Source: Microcystis aeruginosa NIES-843
GTDB taxonomy: Bacteria > Cyanobacteriota > Cyanobacteriia > Cyanobacteriales > Microcystaceae
Direction of reading: 5' to 3'
Length of the DNA stretch: 32,000 bases
Assembly: GCF_000010625.1 (NCBI RefSeq)
Contig: NC_010296.1
Span: 2,760,001-2,792,000 of the forward strand
Part shown: positions 7,040 to 15,642 of the stretch, piece after piece
Numbering within the stretch: the first letter of the stretch is position 1
How the letters are laid out: each line of letters begins with the position of its first letter
Position numbers and translations under genes: made by a program
The notes under the pieces: generated by a model
Told to the model about the DNA's origin: nothing
Database searches by the model: none
The model's input: only the letters and a program-made list of their open reading frames with translations

Positions 7040-9027
7040 CCCGCATTTCTCACAAACTGAATTAAGAACCTAATTTGGAGGTTAAAAGTTGGTGTTTTTC
7101 AAAAATAAGAGAAACCCGCTTAGTTATCAAGGAATAATCTGACTAAACTAATCAAAAAATTCCTGAATTACTGGAAAAATTCCGTCAATTAGGGAAAATG
7201 TTCACGACAAAGTTAGCTGAATTTATAAGCAGCCATTTTTAAGACTATTTAATGATCTTTGAAAACTCTTCAACTTATCCAGTTCCCGCTATCGCTTGAA
7301 TTCTAGAGTAAGCTATCGCTAAAATATCTTGATAGGGACAAGAACTGGCAATTGCGATTAAAATTCTTCTGACACTAACAGTAATTCTAGCTCCTAATTT
7401 AAGGAAATTAAGGCGAATTGTTCCCACTGTCGCTTTGGCAAAAGAAGTTTTAGCCAAACAATTTTGACGAAAAGCTTGCATTAAAACATAAGCCATTGAT
7501 GACAACCAAAGTCTTAATTGATTACTCTCAAATGTCTGTGTCGAATTCCGGTCAGCAAATAAGTCTAATTGTTGCTCTTTAATTCGATTTGACCTCTCAC
7601 CTCTGGGGCAATATTTTTCAGTGTAAAGTTTAGATGGGGGAATCTTTGATGCAGGTAAAGAAGTCACAACGTGGCGAATTTTTACGCCCTCACTACCAGG
7701 ACAAACTTTTGTCACCACTCTTCTTGAACGGCTCCAGGATTTTTGGGTTTGATAACATAGGGAACGATACCAAGTCGATTCTGGTACCAATTTCGCCAAT
7801 TCTCCTAACTCTTCATCGGGAGAAAATAACGTCTCCATTAATTCAGTAACTGGCTGAAGTCTTTGCTCGTAATCTGCCTTAGCTTTCTCAATTACATCGG
7901 TCGCTCGTAATTTTAATTGACTATTCGTTGCCATTGCTAAAACATAATCAACTCCTGCTTGACTTTCGCAAAATTTCATGATATCTTCACGGGAATAGGC
8001 ACTATCTCCTCGTACTAATATCTGCGTATCTGACCATTTTTCTCGAATTATACCGATTATTCGCTGCAATTCTTCTAATGCTCCCCCAGCAGTATCTACA
8101 TGAGAAGACCGGAGTTTAGCTACTAATAAATGATGCTCACAGAAAATATACAAAGGAGCATAACACACTCCTTTATAATAAGTATTGAAAAACGCTCCCT
8201 CTTGATTTCCATGCACTTGGTCATCGGTGACATCCATGTCTAAAATAATTGGTTTCGGTGGCTTTTTGTAGGATTCTAGAAAGATGTCCACAAAAGCTTT
8301 TTCAATTTCTTTGGGGTTAGGCTCGATTTTATGGTAACGACTGTTCTCTTGATTGATGACTGTTTCCGGACAATATTCTAGTCGATTAATTGTACTTTTT
8401 CCCGCTAAATTTGCTTGGGCTGAGTCAATAAAATTTAGTTTTTTCAATGCTATTGCTAAAGCTGGAGCATGACGTAATTTATCATGATCATTGACATCCT
8501 CATATCCCAAAACTATCCCATAAACTCTTTGTGCGAGTAGTTCATGAACTGAATAATCTAGATAGGATGAATTTCGATAATCTCGAAAACATTCGGCAAA
8601 CCGAGCCGTTATTTTTAGCTTTTGGTCTAACTCTGCCATCAAAATAATTCCTGCATCTGAGGTGATTTTTCCTCCCTCAAAATTAGCGATTACTTGTCTT
8701 CCATTGAGGTTTCCAAAATTTAATTGATTGAGTCGAGACTGGTCTGAACTAGGAGTCATAAACTTGACATACTTTAAATAGTTTTAATGATTAAATTATA
8801 GCAAGCTTTTGACTTCATTCTCTACTTAAAATTGAGACTTTATCAACTAATTAACCTAAAAATACGCATTTTAAATTTGTTCTTTTTTCAAGGTCTAATT
8901 GATGATGAGCTTAAGTTGAATCCTAACAACACACTGTCGTTTTTGCTACAAGGCGATCACCCAGTCAAAACCCAGATTTTGTAAGGCTTCGGGGGTTGGT
9001 GATCGTACTTTTTGTGAGAAATGCGGG
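7040..9027 (-). mobile_element. IS1380/IS4-like insertion sequence, 1988 bp
   Basis: 17-bp perfect terminal IRs CCCGCATTTCTCACAAA (7040-7056) and TTTGTGAGAAATGCGGG (9011-9027). No target duplication visible. Confidence 0.7.
7275..8759 (-). CDS. DDE transposase, IS1380-family-like (DDE_Tnp_1 group), 494 aa
   Basis: N-terminal pattern FEGGKITSDAGIILMAELDQKL...HELLAQRVYGIVLGYEDVNDHDKLRHAP is typical of IS1380/IS4-type transposases. The family call was made by eye. Confidence 0.8.
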   Translation of the reverse strand: MTPSSDQSRLNQLNFGNLNGRQVIANFEGGKITSDAGIILMAELDQKLKITARFAECFRDYRNSSYLDYSVHELLAQRVYGIVLGYEDVNDHDKLRHAPALAIALKKLNFIDSAQANLAGKSTINRLEYCPETVINQENSRYHKIEPNPKEIEKAFVDIFLESYKKPPKPIILDMDVTDDQVHGNQEGAFFNTYYKGVCYAPLYIFCEHHLLVAKLRSSHVDTAGGALEELQRIIGIIREKWSDTQILVRGDSAYSREDIMKFCESQAGVDYVLAMATNSQLKLRATDVIEKAKADYEQRLQPVTELMETLFSPDEELGELAKLVPESTWYRSLCYQTQKSWSRSRRVVTKVCPGSEGVKIRHVVTSLPASKIPPSKLYTEKYCPRGERSNRIKEQQLDLFADRNSTQTFESNQLRLWLSSMAYVLMQAFRQNCLAKTSFAKATVGTIRLNFLKLGARITVSVRRILIAIASSCPYQDILAIAYSRIQAIAGTG

Positions 9028-9028
9028 C

Positions 9029-9236
9029 TAAGTAGTCGTGCAAAATTAATTTCCTAGTCGAGACAGGAGACTCCGAGACAGGAGACAGGAGACTCCGAGA
9101 CGGGAGACTCCGAGACAGGAGACTCCGAGACGGGAGACAGCTATTAGGGATCGGATTTGAGTTTTCAGTTCACTGTTTCCTCACACCAGAAGTCTGACGG
9201 AGTAGTGGCTTAGATGTGTAATTAATTTTGCTTAGG
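9029..9236 (-). mobile_element. Inverted copy of the CTAAG..GCAAAATTAATT MITE-like repeat
   Basis: Reverse complement of 4067-4258 except for the longer tandem array (9059-9140, 82 bp). Confidence 0.45.
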
Positions 9237-9391
9237 TACTTAATACCAAAAAGATAACCTACAATGGCTCCAAGTATTCCCATAGTTGATGTCATACCAT
9301 CTTCATGGTTTATTGCGAGAAGAGAAGAAAAAGTTGCGACTAAAATGATCCCTAAAATTTTCATATTGTAGGGACCAAATCCTTTAACCAT
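9170..9391 (-). CDS. Small hydrophobic (2-TM) hypothetical protein; start at 9391 (MVKGF...) or 9364 (MKILG...)
   Basis: ORF track, trimmed because codons upstream of 9391 run into the IS1634 end fragment. Two hydrophobic segments are present. The C-terminal 21 codons lie in the MITE-like repeat, so the native 3' end is uncertain. Confidence 0.4.
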   Translation of the reverse strand: MVKGFGPYNMKILGIILVATFSSLLAINHEDGMTSTMGILGAIVGYLFGIKYLSKINYTSKPLLRQTSGVRKQ

Positions 9392-9411
9392 ATTTCTGAA
9401 TGCCCCAATAA

Positions 9412-9603
9412 CTGGACTTCCCCGTTGACAAAAGGCCATAACCTGTGCTGTAGGAGGGATTAAGAGAATTTCCAGCACCCCGTTACTGGGTACAAATTAG
9501 GGAAACTCCCAATAAATCTAACGCTTTTTGTTGCAGTTGAGTCGGTCGAGTTATCTTAGAAAAACGATAACTTCCCTCCCTAATCGTACATTCCACTGTA
9601 TTC
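9412..9603 (-). mobile_element. 192-bp solo fragment of the IS1634 element (transposase-distal end)
   Basis: Near-identical to 1824-2015, including the CTGGACTTCCCC terminus. Confidence 0.8.
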
Positions 9604-10032
9604 CTGGACTTCCCCCATACAGAAATACTAAAAAATTAACAAAACCCTTACTGCCTGGAGCTTCTCAGAAAAAATTGAAAAGACGCTACTGGGTACATTT
9701 TCCCTTTAAAAATGGCTGTACCGTTGACTGTATCTAGAGTAGAGCAATTCCGTAGAGTTGGCTGTATAGTGATCGCTAACCTTATTGTAACAGATGGTGT
9801 CATTAATCTCTAGAGTCAGCGATTCCCTCTGTAGCCATGTTTTTGATGGTTTTCTGCCCGGAAACAAGCTATAATGGTCGAAGGGTCAAATTTGAAAAAT
9901 TTTGCCTCAAACCCTGTCTGCGTAAGGATTTCAGGAGTTTGTACCCAGTAGTTTATTAGTATTACATTGCTTTAACTCAGGCTCTGTAAGACTTTGAGCC
10001 ATAGCTAGTATATTTATACAGGGGAAGTTCAG
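9604..10032. mobile_element. 429-bp MITE-like element with IS1634-type termini
   Basis: Starts CTGGACTTCCCCCATACA (like the reverse-complemented right end of the IS at 3778) and ends GGGGAAGTTCAG. It has no transposase. Confidence 0.6.
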
Positions 10033-10189
10033 TTATTGAGAGGTTACATCAGTGGGAAGTGGGAAGTAGGGAACACAGAGCAAAAAGCTGACGGCTGACA
10101 GCTGATAGCTCTTTATTGCTAACCGGACTGACGATGATCTATTCTGTATCCTAGCCTGACTCGCCAATCCCCACCGCCAAAAAAGAATA

Positions 10190-11701
10190 ATGTACTGCGA
10201 TTACCTGGTTCAAATCCTCACCGCACGCGTCTACGATGTCGCCCAAGAAACCCCCTTGGAACTTGCCCCCAATCTCTCCCAACGCTTGCACAATCAGCTT
10301 TTACTCAAGCGCGAGGATATGCAGTCGGTTTTCTCCTTTAAACTGCGCGGCGCATACAACAAAATGGCGCATTTGTCAAGGGATTTGTTACAAAAAGGTG
10401 TAATTGCTGCTTCGGCGGGAAATCATGCCCAGGGAGTCGCTTTGGGGGCGCGGCAATTGGGAACCCAAGCGATTATCGTTATGCCTGTCACCACTCCGCA
10501 AGTCAAAATCGACGCGGTAAAAGCCCGGGGCGGGATTGTCGTCCTGCACGGTGACACCTACGATGATGCCTACACCTACGCGCGGCAGTTAGAAGCGGAA
10601 AAAGGCTTAACTTTTATCCATCCCTTCGATGACCCGGAGGTAATCGCCGGCCAGGGTACGATCGGTATGGAAATTTTACGACAATATCAGCAACCGATCG
10701 AGGCGATTTTCGTCGCTATTGGTGGCGGTGGCTTAATATCAGGTATTGCAGCCTATGTCAAGCGTTTACGCCCAGAAATTAAAATTATCGGGGTGGAACC
10801 TGTGGATTCAGACGCGATGAATCAATCCCTAAAAGCCGGTTATCGGGTGCGTTTGTCTCAAGTGGGATTATTTGCCGATGGGGTGGCGGTGCGCGAGGTG
10901 GGAGAGGAGACTTTTCGTCTCTGTCAGCAGTATGTGGACGAGATTATCCTCGTGGATACGGATGATATCTGTGCGGCGATTAAGGATGTTTTTCAAGATA
11001 CACGCTCGATTTTAGAACCTGCGGGGGCGTTAGCGGTAGCAGGAGCGAAAGCTTATGTAGAAAGAGAAGGAATTGAGGATAAAACCCTCGTTGCTGTGGC
11101 TTGTGGGGCGAATATGAACTTTGATCGTCTGCGGTTTGTGGCGGAAAGGGCAGAATTAGGGGAACGGCGCGAGGCGTTGTATGCTGTGACTATTCCCGAA
11201 CAACCGGGCAGTTTACGGCGTTTTTGCGAATGTGTCGGCAAACGCAATCTAACCGAATTTAGTTATCGCATTGCCGATGAAAAAGAAGCACATATTTTTG
11301 TCGGCGCCCAGATCGAAAATCGCACCGATGCCAAGAAATTAGCCGAGAGTTTTGAAGCTTGCGGCTTTAAAACCCTCGATATTAGCGATGATGAATTGAC
11401 TAAATTGCATCTGCGCCACATGGTGGGAGGGCGATCGCATTTAGCCGACCATGAATTATTTTATCGCTTCGAGTTTCCCGAACGACCGGGGGCTTTAATG
11501 AAATTTGTCGCCTCCATGAGTCCCCACTGGAATATCAGCGTTTTCCATTATCGCAATAACGGAGCCGATTACGGGCGTATCGTCGTGGGCATACAGGTCC
11601 CCCCCGATGAAATGAATCAATGGCAAGCTTTTCTCGATACTCTCGGCTATCGCTATTGGGATGAAAGTCAAAATCCTGCCTATCAGTTGTTTTTAGGTTA
11701 G
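10190..11701 (+). CDS. ilvA: Biosynthetic threonine ammonia-lyase (threonine deaminase), 503 aa
   Basis: PLP site FSFKLRGAYN, GGGGL loop, and two C-terminal ACT-like regulatory repeats. The length fits IlvA. Confidence 0.95.
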   Translation: MYCDYLVQILTARVYDVAQETPLELAPNLSQRLHNQLLLKREDMQSVFSFKLRGAYNKMAHLSRDLLQKGVIAASAGNHAQGVALGARQLGTQAIIVMPVTTPQVKIDAVKARGGIVVLHGDTYDDAYTYARQLEAEKGLTFIHPFDDPEVIAGQGTIGMEILRQYQQPIEAIFVAIGGGGLISGIAAYVKRLRPEIKIIGVEPVDSDAMNQSLKAGYRVRLSQVGLFADGVAVREVGEETFRLCQQYVDEIILVDTDDICAAIKDVFQDTRSILEPAGALAVAGAKAYVEREGIEDKTLVAVACGANMNFDRLRFVAERAELGERREALYAVTIPEQPGSLRRFCECVGKRNLTEFSYRIADEKEAHIFVGAQIENRTDAKKLAESFEACGFKTLDISDDELTKLHLRHMVGGRSHLADHELFYRFEFPERPGALMKFVASMSPHWNISVFHYRNNGADYGRIVVGIQVPPDEMNQWQAFLDTLGYRYWDESQNPAYQLFLG

Positions 11702-11923
11702 AGTTGGCTGAATAAATCTAAAAACCTTGTTGGATAAGGCTTTTAGACTTTTTTCCCCTCAAAAAGTGCTGACCATTGGAGTGATCGGGGGTAAAATTCA
11801 GGCACTTTTTCCCTGAAAATTAGGTAACTGACTACCCCAAAATCGGTAAAACCCTACACCCTACACCCTACACCCCACACCCCACACCCTGCCCCCACCA
11901 ACAAACTTTTTCAGCAAACCCTA
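11699..11923 (-). mobile_element. Heptamer-array MITE, copy 1 (body 11701-11921, TA at both ends)
   Basis: Homologous to 23281-23499 and 29064-29280 in inverted orientation. Termini are GAGTTGGCTGAATAAA / TTTTTCAGCAAACCC. The left TA is part of the ilvA stop codon. Confidence 0.75.
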
Positions 11924-11957
11924 GGTTAAATCGCCATTTTCAGGAAGTTATCAGCAG

Positions 11958-12836
11958 ATGAATCAAGATTTTCCCCATATTTCCGTTTTGAGTCAAGAAT
12001 TAATCGCCGGCTTAAATATTCAACCCGGGGGGCATTATCTCGATCTTACCCTAGGGGGTGGTGGACACAGCCGCCTGCTTTTAGAAGCCCATCCCGAAAC
12101 GACAGTAACCGCCATCGATCGCGATCAAAGCGCCCTAGAAGCCGCTAAAATTAGTCTCGCCCCCTATCTAGATAGCCGTTTAACCCTCTGGTGGGGGAAC
12201 TTCGCCGATTATGACGGACAAAATAGCAGTTTTGATGGCATTATCGCCGATTTAGGAGTCAGTTCTCCCCAATTCGATCAGAGCGAGCGCGGCTTTAGTT
12301 TTCGCCACACGGCAGCCTTAGATATGCGGATGGATCGCTGTCAATCCCTAACGGCAGCCGATATTATTAACCATTGGCACGAAAAAGAATTAGCAGATCT
12401 TTTTTATCAATACGGAGAAGAACGTTTATCTCGTCCTATTGCTCGCTCGATCGTCCAAAAACGTCCCTTTACTACCACTACAGAATTAGCGGCTGTCATC
12501 GCTAGTTCTGTCCCCGCTAGTTACCGTTATGGACGTATTCATCCGGCAACGCGGGTTTTTCAAGCCCTACGCATCGCTGTTAATCAAGAATTAGATTCTC
12601 TCCAACAATTGTTAGATCAAGCCCCCCACTGGCTAAAATCCAGGGGAATTATCGCTATGATCAGTTTTCATAGTCTAGAAGATCGTCTGATCAAGTATGG
12701 CTTTCGCGAAAATAATTCCTTGAAAATTATCACGAAAAAGCCGATTATCCCCAGCCGAGAAGAACAAGCTAAAAATCCTCGTTCTCGTTCGGCTAAACTA
12801 AGAATAGCCCAAAAGATCGAATCAGAGGTTATCTGA
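11958..12836 (+). CDS. rsmH: 16S rRNA (cytosine1402-N4)-methyltransferase RsmH/MraW, 292 aa
   Basis: [28 protein letters not shown] and SFHSLEDR motifs. Confidence 0.95.
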
Positions 12837-13042
12837 TAGCAGTTATCTTAATTGTGAGGTACAAACTCTCTGGTTTTGGGGAGTCGTTATCTTGATGAGA
12901 AAGGCTGTCAACTATTTTTTACACGAAGGAGAAATAATTGCTCGAGAATTGAATTATGCCTTTGACTTGCCAAGGTTGTTTATTTTCTGTTTCTGTCTGC
13001 CATATTTGAAAGCTAAATATCGCTGACTGAACAACCATCTTT

Positions 13043-13228
13043 GGTTCTTCGGTTTGTGCTATGCAATGGACGGAGTTATAAGGGATGAAACCCTTATAGA
13101 GAAGGACATTGATGCGATTTTTGTCAATTGTTTTCGAGCTAGAACAAACTAATCAATAGAACTCTTGCCAGATAAGGATTTAGTCGATTTATGCCCCCCT
13201 ATCGAACCATACCAAGTAACGAAGAGCC
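13043..13228. mobile_element. 186-bp MITE (GGYTCTTCG termini), uninterrupted copy
   Basis: Aligns with 5936-6109 plus 6390-6409. Termini are GGTTCTTCGGTT / AACGAAGAGCC. Confidence 0.65.
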
Positions 13229-14140
13229 CCATCTTTTTTCAATTTGACTTAAAGCAGACCATTTTTCGTAGGTAGGAAAAGCCACATCTTCAAAAAAAGA
13301 TATCCATTGATTTAAAGTGGTTTCAATTGTGTGTTCTTTCGCCCTCTTATAACCGTTTTCAACCATTTTTTGATAAAGTTCTGGAGAACTTTTCAGACGA
13401 CGAACTGCTTCAATTGCCTCCTCTAGAGAGTGAATAATAATAAAATCTAACTCCGTCTTTCTTTCTGCTAAAAAGCCTAACTCTGGAGTCAAAAGGGCGG
13501 GAACACCGGCGTGCCAAGCATTAATTAGCTTAATAGAACCTTTATTAGGATAATTTCGAGAATCAAAACTACGCGCGGCGACAATCACATCTAGATTAGT
13601 ATAATTGTTCCATTGAAATTTATCCCCAATCGGCATCCAATGACAATTGAGAGTGGCCAAAGACTCTCGCCATGCTTCCGACCTTAATTCCGGTGCCAAC
13701 TGACCCCTGGTGCCAATGTAAGAAATATTCTCGATTAGGGTGTTCCGTTCCCTATCTCTGGGAATTAACCCAGGCATCGGCCAATGACTAATTAGATAGG
13801 GGTTCCAAATAGAGTCCTTAACCTTCTCCCAATTAGACGGATTATAAACGATGTGTAGGTGAGCCGAAGGGTGATATTCTTTGTCGCTTTTGACACAAAT
13901 TAACATGACCTTATCCAGGAAAGGATAGTCATTATCTAGGGTATCTCGGTCGGCGATTAAAATTCCTTGCTCTGGGATTTCTCTGGCTATTTCACAGGGA
14001 AAGCCGGCTTGTTTAAGATGAAAGTAGGTTTGGGCTATCCAAGCCGTAAAATTGCTATGATCGCCTGTCCATAGAGTCTGGTCTTCCTTGATATTTTTTT
14101 GTCTGATTTCGCCAGGGGCATAAAAATAGATTGTTTGCAT
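13199..14140 (-). CDS. Hypothetical protein, 313 aa; C-terminal half weakly glycosyltransferase (GT-B)-like
   Basis: Long ORF with core-like composition. KLINAWHAGVPALLTPELG...EEAIEAVRRL resembles GT-B C-terminal domains only loosely. The last 10 codons lie in the MITE. Confidence 0.6.
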   Translation of the reverse strand: MQTIYFYAPGEIRQKNIKEDQTLWTGDHSNFTAWIAQTYFHLKQAGFPCEIAREIPEQGILIADRDTLDNDYPFLDKVMLICVKSDKEYHPSAHLHIVYNPSNWEKVKDSIWNPYLISHWPMPGLIPRDRERNTLIENISYIGTRGQLAPELRSEAWRESLATLNCHWMPIGDKFQWNNYTNLDVIVAARSFDSRNYPNKGSIKLINAWHAGVPALLTPELGFLAERKTELDFIIIHSLEEAIEAVRRLKSSPELYQKMVENGYKRAKEHTIETTLNQWISFFEDVAFPTYEKWSALSQIEKRWGSSLLGMVR

Positions 14141-14270
14141 TTTCAGGCCAGAGCATTCCGCATCCCCTAGTCTAGATCAAAAGCGCTTTGCCGTCAATTG
14201 TCCCTCAAGAGGTCAGCAATTCTGATTATGGAAACCAGCCAGCCAAACCCCTAGTCTAAAGAAATATATT

Positions 14271-14410
14271 CGATCGCCTCCTAGGGTGGATAATTAGGAA
14301 ACAATCCCTTGACCTAGGGAAATAGTACCAGGCTTCGCTTTAAGTAATTGACCGACCACAGCAATAATCGGTGTTTGCACCCCATCCATGGGCAAGAGAA
14401 GGTTTTTCAT
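14271..14410 (-). pseudogene. 5' fragment of a paralogous aminotransferase gene
   Basis: About 90% identical (by eye) to 15493-15630. Encodes MKNLLLPMDGVQTPIIAVVGQLLKAKPGTISLGQGIVS, then a stop caused by a 1-bp insertion (14294-14296). Confidence 0.75.
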
Positions 14411-14463
14411 CAGTTGTGGTAAAGTAAAAACCAAGAAAGAAAGCCAGTATTTATTCTTCAAAA

Positions 14464-15630
14464 TCATTGACTAAAATAACGCAGTCCCTTTACCAATCTT
14501 TCTACTGCCGTTAAAGCCGTTTCTGGAGATAAAGCACCGTAGGCAAGACGCAAATAACAGCCTTCTGTTAGACCAAAAGTTGAACCGGGTAACACCGCCA
14601 CCCGCTGCCGCTCAATTAAAGTTTTAACTAACTGAAAATCATTCTTGTCTGTAGAAATTTTCAGGAAGAAATAAAAAGCACCTTCCGCAGTGGCAACATC
14701 ACAGATATCGCCGATTGATTCTAGAGCATTCAGGCAAATTTCTCTAACTTGACTGATGGTTTTTAACTGTTCTAAAGGATAGCTTTTACCCACCTGTAAC
14801 GCCCCTAGTGCCGCATATTGCGAAACCACTGGCGGACAGATTAAAATAGTATCCTGAATCTTATTAATCGCCTCAGATAAATGTTCTGGTACTACCATAT
14901 AACCAATGCGCCAACTGGCAAAACCGTAGGCTTTTGAGAGACTAAATAAGGAAATAGTCCAGGATTCACTACCAACAATTGCCGCCGGGGAAAAGTGGCG
15001 GGCATGGTTATAGGTAAAATACTCATAGGCCTCATCGTGAATGTGATAGATGCCCTTTTTTTGACAGATTCGATTGACTTCTCTTAGGGTATTTTCTGGA
15101 TAAACTACTCCCGTGGGATTATTAGGAGAAATCGTCACCACTGCCTTAGTTTTTTCCGTGATTGCCTCTTCAATGGCGGCCGGACGCAATTGATAATTTT
15201 TGTCTGTGGCAACCAAAATAACTTGACAATCAGCCATTTTTATGGCCATTTCATGATTGAAATAAAAGGGAGTGTTGAGAATAATTTCATCCCCGGGGGA
15301 AGTAATGGCTAAAATGGCATTCATAAAAGCCATATTACTGCCCGCCGTCACAAAAATTGCCTGTTTATCGCTGATTTCTACCCGATTATCTTCGGCTAGT
15401 TTTTGCCGAATTACTGCTAATAAGGGGGGAATTCCCGCCACAGATTGATATTGATGATTTTTGGGATTGGCTAAAAATAAAGATAGAGATTCGATCGCTT
15501 CCCGGGGTGGATAATAGGAAACAATCCCTTGACCTAGGGAAATAGTGCCAGGGTTCGCTTTAATTAATTGACCGACCACGGGAATAATCGGTGTTTGTAC
15601 CCCGTCCATGCGGGAGAGAAGGTCTTTCAT
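14464..15630 (-). CDS. PLP-dependent class I/II aminotransferase (aspartate aminotransferase family)
   Basis: SLSKAYGFASWRIGY lysine motif, NPTG and overall length. Start set to the ATG at 15628-15630 (MKDLLSRMDG), which the paralog fragment shares, rather than the TTG at 15642. Confidence 0.9.
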   Translation of the reverse strand: MKDLLSRMDGVQTPIIPVVGQLIKANPGTISLGQGIVSYYPPREAIESLSLFLANPKNHQYQSVAGIPPLLAVIRQKLAEDNRVEISDKQAIFVTAGSNMAFMNAILAITSPGDEIILNTPFYFNHEMAIKMADCQVILVATDKNYQLRPAAIEEAITEKTKAVVTISPNNPTGVVYPENTLREVNRICQKKGIYHIHDEAYEYFTYNHARHFSPAAIVGSESWTISLFSLSKAYGFASWRIGYMVVPEHLSEAINKIQDTILICPPVVSQYAALGALQVGKSYPLEQLKTISQVREICLNALESIGDICDVATAEGAFYFFLKISTDKNDFQLVKTLIERQRVAVLPGSTFGLTEGCYLRLAYGALSPETALTAVERLVKGLRYFSQ

Positions 15631-15642
15631 TAAAGTAATCAA

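Noticed and set aside
9392-9478. N-terminal extension of the small membrane protein ORF (MLEILLIPPTAQVMAFCQRGSPVIGAFRN).
   Set aside because: These codons are encoded largely by the IS1634 end fragment (from 9412), so this is read-through of mobile-element sequence.
14154-14170. CATTCCGCATCCCCTAG resembling the terminus of the 280-bp MITE.
   Set aside because: Only about 17 bp, with an internal 2-bp difference and no second end. It is noted as a possible scar but is too short to call.
15631-15642. TTG start at 15642 for the aminotransferase (MITLMKD...), as given by the ORF track.
   Set aside because: It would abut the tmRNA 3' end directly. The ATG at 15630 is where homology with the paralogue fragment (MKNLLLPMDG) begins.
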